A stretch of DNA of 64,000 bases from Yuukianura sp. NJ FZ-2021 (Eukaryota): positions 6,138,001-6,202,000 of the forward strand of contig CM102287.1 of the NCBI GenBank assembly GCA_046563655.1, written 5' to 3'. The notes below the pieces were generated by a model, which was not told the DNA's origin, ran no database searches, and worked only from the letters and a program-made list of their open reading frames with translations. Every line of letters begins with the position of its first letter. Positions within the stretch are counted from its first letter, which is position 1. Of this stretch, positions 56,501-64,000 are shown piece by piece. Made by a program: the position numbers and the translations under genes.

Positions 56501-59500
56501 GATGGGACTTGGCCTTTCCGAGGAAAGATGGCACAGGATGAGGATTTGAAATGGAAAGATGGCCGCCAGAAACGGAAACTGTTGTCTGGGCGAGTGACCG
56601 CGGAAGGAGAAGACCCTGGAGGCTTCTGCCTGTAAATTTTCATATGGATTGGACCTTGGATTACCTACTACTGGATTCCCTCCCTTGTAAATTTTTCGAA
56701 TTTCGTCCTAAAAATGAATTTTTGTCCCCATAGTAAATTAACAAATTAATTTTTCTTTTGATTTTTGGAAATGTTAAGCTCAAGTTAAATCTAGAATTTA
56801 AGGTTTCTTGTAAATACTGTAAAATGGAATGGAAAGTTGGGTAAGAGAGAGAAAAACTGAATAAGAAGTGTACTGACCGCTTCGTGGCTTTGTGAGGGGG
56901 GATGTTGTGAGACTGCAAAAATAGCGTCATATTGTTAAGAAAGAGAAGCGAGCGCCCTCTATTGGTACTGTAGGGACAACTCTTCCACTTCTCATCTTTT
57001 CCCATTCCAAGTCAAAAGCCAGGAAAAAACACAAACTCAACCATAACTAATTAATCAATTTAACTGAAATTAGGGACTCCGAATCAAAACAAACTTAGTA
57101 CTAATCAACTCCTAAGAGAAAGTTGATTAGTACTAAGCACAATTAGATCAGCTGCTATTCTCCTCTATTGTTTTAAATTGCAAGATGAGTGCATGGATGA
57201 GGCTGCCTTTTCAATGGGAGAAGGCAGTAAAGGCTCCTCTTCCATACACTGGGGACCCAGTCATGCTGTTGGATCAAGTAGACGACACAGGTACGGTAGA
57301 CGTGGTGAGATAACTCGCCTGCTACCACAGGTGGTTCGAATCTCTCTCGGTTTTCCGGAGATTCTCGGTAGGGTTCGACAGTTTCGTTTCATACCGTTTC
57401 GTTTACCGTTTGATTCAGTTTCGTTTACCGTTTCGTTTACCGTTTCGTTTCGTTTAAAGTTTCATCTACGTGGTTTTCAATTAGTTTTCTCATTTGGTTT
57501 TTCTCATTGGTTTTCACATTAACTTAACGAGTTGAGCGCGGTAAGGCGGCGCGGCGCGGTTTTCTCTTTTGGTTGTTTGGTTTGAACTCACAACATCTCA
57601 GTCTCATGTCACGGGGTTGGTGACCCCTAAAATTGCTGTGTACCGCGGCATTTGAGTTATTGGTAGTTAGTACTGGTTGGTTCGGTTCGAGTCGGAGTTG
57701 GTTCGGTGCGGCACTGGGGTGCGGGATTCTGGATTTTCGGGCTGGAGTACTCGAGATCGACAACAGGCTGGAGTAGCTGATCAACTGAGGCCAATTTCTT
57801 TCTATTACTACCAGAGGTAAAAAGGGGGTCAAGTCGTGACCTTCAGTGACCGGTCGGCCCTTGGAAGGGAAGAAACCCCCTTTCAAGGTGAAACTGCTAA
57901 GGGCCCGGGAAAAACGTAAGGATAGGAACGGAAAAGGCTGGGTTTACAAATTAGAGCGGAAGAGAAGTCCCTTAATTTAACCACTACGTAAAATTCCTTA
58001 TCTTACAATATAATATGTTTAGAGCAATTGACGCGCAAACTTGGCTAAATAAAGTTACCTCAGTAATGTTTAAGTAGATGTCATTTCCCTTGTCATCACT
58101 AAAGTGTTGTCTTTATTGGATGCCTTTACCACCAGCGTATGTCTATATCAACCGAGTGGTTGTGGTATGTGGCTACAAAATTTTAAATCCCTAACAACGT
58201 AAGAGAGTAACCAAACCAACCTTGGTGCTTACAGCGGTATTACATGGCAGACGTAACTTATGCCTTTACAGTGCCGCTGATTTTGTGTGTAATCTAGGAT
58301 AATTGAAATCAAAAATACCGGGAAAAGCTAACCTAAACAAATCTGTGTTTTGTGTACATCTGTGACTCTAAAATGGTGGCAACCTTGATGCTTTCCCTGA
58401 CTTTATTCACATCTTTCCTATCCAAATTGTAATTGATATTCAAGATCTCTTTTGTTGAGTTGTTCTTGAGGGCTATAGATAGAATTTTACTTACGGGAGC
58501 AGTTGTTTGTTCCAAGCTATCCAAACACTCGTTGTAGTTTGTCCAGTTTCCCCACAGCCAAGTCCCATCTTCGCCACAGATTCGAATTGCGTTTCCTAAA
58601 ATTTGACAGAAAGATTCACTTTCACCATGTTCACTCATTCTCTGCTATGATAGACAGGTTTTCATCACATCCCCCGTACTGCCTTGTAGATGCAAGATTT
58701 CAAATGAACCCGAGTTAATTTAGTGGAAATTTCAAAGTTGAACGGAATCCTCTGAACAAATATCAAGAGAAATCAACAAAGGACGCAAATAATCATCAAA
58801 AACAATAGGCAAACAAAAGCGTAAGCAAAAGATGAAATTGTTTTTCACTCCACAAAATTGCAAAACAACCAAACCAACCAAATACATCTATGTCGTCGTC
58901 GTTCCAGAATTGGTTACTCGATTCTATCGTTACATGTCTGTGATGGCGGCATCAGAATATGTCAAACCACCAAAAATTCAAAATTTTTGTTAATATTTGG
59001 AAACTTGCTCTCTGCTGCCAATTCTTTGCAGATCTTTCCCCCATACGATAGGAGGGAAAATCAAGATTCACCTAGTTCTTCGATTATTCCTGTGTAACAA
59101 TGCTTCTCATTCATATCATTCGCCTGCTCCTTTACGAGAAAAAAGTGTCATCTTCAAAGGATAAATTCAGAAGATCATTCATATCATAAGATGATCAATA
59201 AATCAAATCAAATCATAATTTCCCAGACTCAAATTACAAATAATACTCTTTATAAATTACTCGAGGAAACGCTCCCTCCGTTATCAAAATAAATGTAATA
59301 TTGTTTCCTACTTAACTGCACGGCCTCTCTTACATTGTTCGAAAAGCGTACTCAATTACTGTTAATTTTTGTTAAAGAAAGAAATTCGAACAGTCAAAAA
59401 TAAGTCAAAGCTAGGATTAAACTTTTAAGTAACTCGGTAGGATAATGAAGCTTCGTAACTTCAATGAATGAATATGAATGAATAGGTGAAGTGATGTTAT

Positions 59501-61203
59501 TTATGGGGAAAGGTGAAAGTGAAAGCAATTATGAGTACAGCATCATTAGAGAGACCAATGAGGAGCCGGATTTACTACAAACGAAACTAATCATACCAAA
59601 ACCAAATCGTCAAAGCGGATAAAGTGACCCATATTTTACACAATTTGCGAAACTGCGTTTGAGACTTTTGAAAGCTCTTAAGTTTAACTATAAGTATATT
59701 TAAAAAAAGTGTAATGTCATAAAACTGAAAATACAGGTTGGCAAATGCTGAGAATTTCTAGTTGAAATTGGTGGGAATTTTTAACCTAGTGTAAATTGGC
59801 AGAAATTTTTAATTGCTACCTGTAATTAATGCAATTTGATCCGGTTCCATGTCCGAGTAGTCCTGCATGACCTCACTGCATGGTCGCGTCAATGTCGTAC
59901 CAGCAGCAGCGAATGGCCAACAATACACAGAGTCCCAAGTGGCATTGCAGTATCTATTTGGGAAACCTAAAAAAAAGTGTTAAGAAAATATATCGTCGAG
60001 TGCAATTAGTTCCATTTCCATTACTATTTTAATTCATGGTATTTGTATTTTTATCTCATCGCGTATTTCAATTTCAAAATAAAAATTCTGTCGTGCAATC
60101 GTATGAAAACGCAAATCAAATGAAAATTTTACAAAGTATAAAACAAATTGTCCTTTTAACTTTCCACTCTTTAGAATGTCACTTTTTTTTTCAAAATACA
60201 GGAATTTCTGCCTTTCTTTCTTTTTCTTTTTTTAATTTGCGACAAGGCGGAAGTTGCGGGGGCAAAGAGTGACGGTTGAGGTTAGTGGTTTGTCTTGTCA
60301 CTTGAATCAAGAATTCTTCCTTGGCTGGAATTTCTTTGAGAAATGTGACGAATGACATGAATTTACCAAGGAGAAAGTATGGAGACAAGGAGCAATGGAA
60401 GCGAATGATTTAATTTTCCGAATTTGATCCTTCACGACGAAATTTAGTTGGCATGCTGTTTCGAACCGTATTTATTTTCGACATTCGCACTTCGAAATAA
60501 GGTATTCCAATTGTGAATGTAAACTGAATTTAGCCCGTCCGCTTCCTTATTTCTAAAAAAAACTTCCTGTTCCTATTTTTTTTTTCATTTTCCTATTCCT
60601 TTCATTCAAAAAAACCATTATAAATTTGAATGACAAACGCGAATGGGTAATTCCGAACCATATTTGTTTTCATCATTTGCACTTCGAAGAACATTCTGTA
60701 GGTATTCCAATTCAAAATATAAATTGAATTTAGCTAACCCATGCATCCTGATTTGTAAATAATGAACTTCCTGTCCCAAGTCCCAAATTTTGTTTACGTT
60801 TCCTTATTCCTTTCATTCAAAAGAATCCTTATAAATTTGAAATTTAGGAAACTTAAAACACATTTCTTGGAATCATACTGCTGGGTCTTATGGTTTGTCA
60901 AATAAGAAAGCAAGGGGAAATAAAAATGCCAAAAGTTGTGATTTATGTTCTTCAGTTCTGCAATTTTAGTAATTACTGCGCATTAAGCAAAGAAGGACAC
61001 CCAAAAATGTCTTCTTTCCAAATTAAAAAAAAAATCTCAGTTTTGTGTTTTTAGTTTTTCAAAATCTTACCAGTATTATTTTCTCTTTCCATTTGGAATT
61101 CATCCCAGCTTTTCTGGATACATTGATCGCTTTCATCACTGGAACCGTCTTGCTCACTTTCACTTACTGCGACATCCCTTTCGGTACGTAAAAAACGACT
61201 CAT
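47599..61203 (-). CDS. Class B1 (secretin family) peptide-hormone GPCR, PDF/CRF/calcitonin receptor-like; 5' end uncertain
   Basis: Ectodomain exons CIQKSW (about 61070-61203), YCNATWDSVYCWP (about 59825-59965) and RICGEDGTWLWGNWTNYNEC (about 58495-58595). TM1 exon at about 52112-52224, followed by SLKCERVTVHVQL, WMFIQGHYLH, IGWG, LFPLLGI and SLLYCFFSNDVR. Confidence 0.88.
53653..54734 (+). repeat. 5' LTR (1082 bp)
   Basis: TGTGAGACTGC...CCTTATCTTACA, repeated at 56906. Confidence 0.92.
54738..54755 (+). other. Primer binding site, tRNA-Pro-like
   Basis: TGGGGGCTCAGACGGGA lies 3 nt after the 5' LTR; the first 9 nt match the canonical tRNA-Pro PBS TGGGGGCTC. Confidence 0.75.
54881..56635 (+). 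CDS. Gag/Arc-like capsid protein with a long acidic C-terminal extension (584 aa)
   Basis: The capsid pattern LPKFDGS..PYEYLLKLERY..A.IWY..W.TFR.EF..RYQG.EE.L.DY is typical of Ty3/gypsy Gag and Arc. No CCHC knuckle, RT, RNase H or integrase motifs were seen. Confidence 0.85.
   Translation: MERRSRRGRAQGNGCAEAVTRTRKMAEKVPQVDRKILKWRDCPLPKFDGSYCVQPYEYLLKLERYMQVWGICEEDMMEQVLPVAFSGMAAIWYQFIYKILDSWSTFRSEFRRKFEPLGYQRELKRALMDRYQGREEKLTDYVLTMCSLFAKLEVATSEEQKVMQVIELMNPESRDRLRWIGQSFADTRELYKAAEEVERRIALDNMYHEPTTDNVIDPGLSYHGSDHSTDADSGWIDRRGRKSRGQRERSSFGGASQRFSRQWGNGIDPRELSVPVDSYVDDSSSVSFAPMSSEIQSGIYKGITSERPTVGNDWKGGDEPRTHAQTQESGTTVISASNSSTLDTEMDMEEESLEDSGFEYCGLIDAFENCTSLSSSQDEVTSETLIQETEVSCFLLDSPEESHCQYETAALGNNTSEAWEEITGTFGCNSEECIATEIDHWEDWAEATVGSTEAITDSEVAVLSLSSTEPCREKVVDKSTQQQRLKLNKLNDYQDYDSNARLFSEFQKTQLDMDRWKRVNLDLTTTEARYLHDGFVQRKRDGTWPFRGKMAQDEDLKWKDGRQKRKLLSGRVTAEGEDPGGFCL
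56894..56905 (+). other. Polypurine tract
   Basis: GAGGGGGGATGT immediately before the 3' LTR. Confidence 0.7.
56906..58007 (+). repeat. 3' LTR (1102 bp)
   Basis: Direct repeat of the 5' LTR with scattered substitutions and small indels. Confidence 0.92.
60460..60841. repeat. Degenerate tandem duplication (units of about 170-190 bp) in a GPCR intron
   Basis: The blocks GCACTTCGAA, GGTATTCCAATT, TGAATTTAGC, ACTTCCTGT and TATTCCTTTCATTCAAAA..TATAAATTTGAA each occur twice in the same order. Confidence 0.65.
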
Positions 61204-63149
61204 TGTTGTAGGTGTGCCACCTACGCTTTTCAATCTCAGTGGACCAATACAAAGTTTCAAATAAGATGTAAGATGTTGTTAACTGTTCAAGTATTGATAG
61301 ATTATGGTTTGCATTCCAACGAATTTTAGGATGGTTGAATTTTAGAAGTAGGATACTTTGGTATGCGTTTAAACCTTAACTTTTTGTCTCAAGAAAACAA
61401 ATGCGTTTTTATAAAGATAAAATTTTAGCGTCCTCGTCGGAAGACAAAAATCTACGTGTTGTTTCTTCGACCTAAAAATTTTGACTAAGCAAAGCCACGA
61501 CAGACTTCTAGTTTGTTAAATCAGCTCGACTTTCTCTCAACTTTCACTTTCAGCGATTCAATCCGTTGTGGTCCACCTACAACTTGAAACTCGAGAAAAG
61601 ACTTTTATTCTATCTTTTTTAGTGTGAAATGCTACTCGCTCCCTTTTGAGTTAGCTAAATAAACTTGAATGTACTTTGAAAAAAAGTGACGAAAATAACT
61701 GGCAAAGAGTGCTCAAGATTAGATTAGAACTTAGAAAGCAAAATTAACTTTCTCGCTTTTCCAGCTTTTAAGGTACTAGCTGGAATTTTGCTTGGAAATA
61801 GCACTTTTGACATAAGCGAGTGTTCTTTGACCAAAGTTCGTGATATCTAACTACAGAACTACTTTTGGTGGGGAAATGTATACTAATAAGTCACACTCAA
61901 TTAGTTGCCATCAAGGTCAAACAAGATCTGACTGTAGATGGTACGAGGAATGTGGTTAGATTGAAGGCGTTTGTCAGCGTGCGACTTTTTATCCAAACGA
62001 TCACGTTCACATAACGATATACAATGTAGTGATTGGTTGCAATGCAAGAAATGTAAAGTAGAAGTCAGTTGGCTTCTGAGTTGAATTCTTATCCAGACGA
62101 CCTTGTGTCAAAGTTGCAACTAAAGATTGATGTCAAACCTGTTTCGGAACACTGTCGCTACTGGAAAGTAGCCAAATTTATTCAGTTGTTCAGCTAATTT
62201 TAGACATACATATGGACTTATTGTGCTGTCAAGATTTTAGGTACTACTTTTAGATTGTATCTTCATGGACTTTTTACAAGCTTTGGAGAATACTTTTTCA
62301 CAGCAAACCTGTAGTTAATACGACATGAAAATAATGAAGCTGGGAAATCTAGCTTATTTAATTTTACGCGTTTATTACACTGATTACTTGGTATGACGAA
62401 CGTTGTTTAATTTCAGTTGCGTTTTAATTTATAATTCCTAATGAACTGTATTGGTAGTTAGAAGGTAAAAGTTATTAATTCAATTAACGCAGAAAAGAGG
62501 ACTAATTAAGTTAAATACAAATTAAGAATTTCTTTCAAAATTGCAAATCCTCAATTTAAACCAAGCCTATCTGTTACTTTAGTGTTAAACCATACAAGTC
62601 TAAAATTCTGTGCGTTTTTCGGATAATAAGGTTTATAATTTAAGTACTAATTATAATTCTAATTTACATATAAGAAGTTTTTTCATCTCAGGTATCAGGT
62701 AATAAGAACGAATTCATAAGAATATAATTTTAATTCACCGTTGATATTTTTCACTTTACATGTCTGATTTAATATATTATTAAGTAAGCAATAATTAATT
62801 CGAAGTGGTTGATTATGAGAACTTTCTCATCATAGACCTAACTTAATTACTACTGTGCCAGCCTGATCGTATCTTCAACAAAAAACAAGGTAGGGCAATG
62901 CTCAAGGGTTGAGCATGGGTCTTCTGGAGGGAGTTGACAATTGATGCGACTTAAACCGGCCTGCCTCAAAACTGTAGAAGAACTGAGAAACCGTTTTCAT
63001 GTAGCGGATGTACCAAAACGTCGCTCAAAATTTTCAGCGCGGATGTGAGGTACTCTTTTGTGCATGAGTTGCACCAAAACTGCATTGGCAATGGCATTTA
63101 AGGTGTGCGGACACCCTGGAAACTGGGGGTCAAAATGCCGCTGTAACAC

Positions 63150-63442
63150 ATGAAATGAAAAATGATCTGGGACATCATAGAAAGGTCGTACAGTGACCCA
63201 CAATATATCAAACTTTAGGAAAAGACTTGATCTAGTTTCTCGCTAAAAAAAAATTACAAAGTTTTAGTTCCATCTTATGTAAATATGGAGGTGAAATGTT
63301 TGGGTCCATTTTTTTTACAGTTACAACTAAAATTTTGTAATTTTTTTTTAGCGAGGTACTAGATCAACTCTTTTCCTAAAGTATGATATATTGTGGGTCA
63401 TTGTACGACCTTTCGACGCTGATCCCCACGATTTTTCATTTT
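63150..63442. repeat. Long inverted repeat (arms about 120 bp, spacer about 45 bp), probably transposon-derived
   Basis: CTAGATCAACTCTTTTCCTAAAGTATGATATATTGTGGGTCATTGTACGACCTTT is the near reverse complement of 63181-63235. Confidence 0.75.
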
Positions 63443-64000
63443 CAATATCGCAGTTTCAGAAAACTTATTTACAAAACCCAAACGACGGCAACCGAACTTG
63501 AGTCAGTATTTTGTTTGTTTGAAAGTTCATACTTTTTTGACCATCTTTGCACTGAACGTTTTTCACATGAGTGTTTCTTGTTGTCGATGTCTGCAACTTT
63601 TACTAACTACACAAGTTCGGTTATCGTGGTAACTAAATTTAACAACTGTTGTTAATTAGACGCATAGCACACGTCCTTAAATGCACTAAAATCATGTTCC
63701 AGTTTTGCGCCCCAAAATATTTTTACTAAATTGATGTTCTTAATTTGTTGAGCAGGATGCACATAATGTATTATCGGTGTTGCCGTGGCAATGTACTTAT
63801 TAGCGAAAAGAGCGTGAACCAAATGGCGTCAAAATAATGATATCGAAATTTATCTTTGTGCATCACGCACAAAATTGAACGCTGAGGAGGATGAGTAGAA
63901 TATCCTTTTTTTAAAAATCAAAATCGGTTCAAATACATGCACCATGTGTTAAATCAAGTGCATAAGTAATAGAGTCGAATATAGCTTGTTAAAATCAAAA

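Larger units (their letters stand above)
53653..58007 (+). mobile_element. Complete non-autonomous Ty3/gypsy-type LTR retroelement encoding only Gag, inside a GPCR intron (antisense to the host)
   Basis: Two TG..CA LTRs, a 4-bp ATAT TSD (53649-53652 and 58008-58011), a PBS, a PPT, and a 2.17-kb internal region with one ORF. Confidence 0.92.

Noticed and set aside
62997..63655. ORFs at 62997-63203 and 63383-63655
   Set aside because: They overlap the two arms of an inverted repeat and show no recognisable protein motif.

Overview
AT-rich, intron-containing eukaryotic (arthropod) genomic DNA. The gene content suggests a basal hexapod such as a springtail, but that is inference. In order, the window holds: three tandem gustatory-receptor genes; a secreted Gly/Tyr/His-rich peptide; two divergent 7TM chemoreceptor-like genes, one with an in-frame stop; a secreted copper amine oxidase with a microbial-type catalytic domain and an N-terminal knottin-like module; a GH1 beta-glucosidase; a mixed C2H2/GATA zinc-finger gene; an SLC46-like MFS transporter; a carotenoid oxygenase; two tandem P450s, one with aberrant catalytic motifs; two more chemoreceptor-like paralogs; and a class B GPCR. 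A GPCR intron carries a structurally complete 4.35-kb LTR retroelement that encodes only a Gag/Arc-like capsid ORF and no pol. Several MITEs and two Helentron/DINE-1-like elements are interspersed. The most notable features are the gag-only LTR element and the knottin-fused amine oxidase that may have been horizontally acquired. All exon structures were read by eye.
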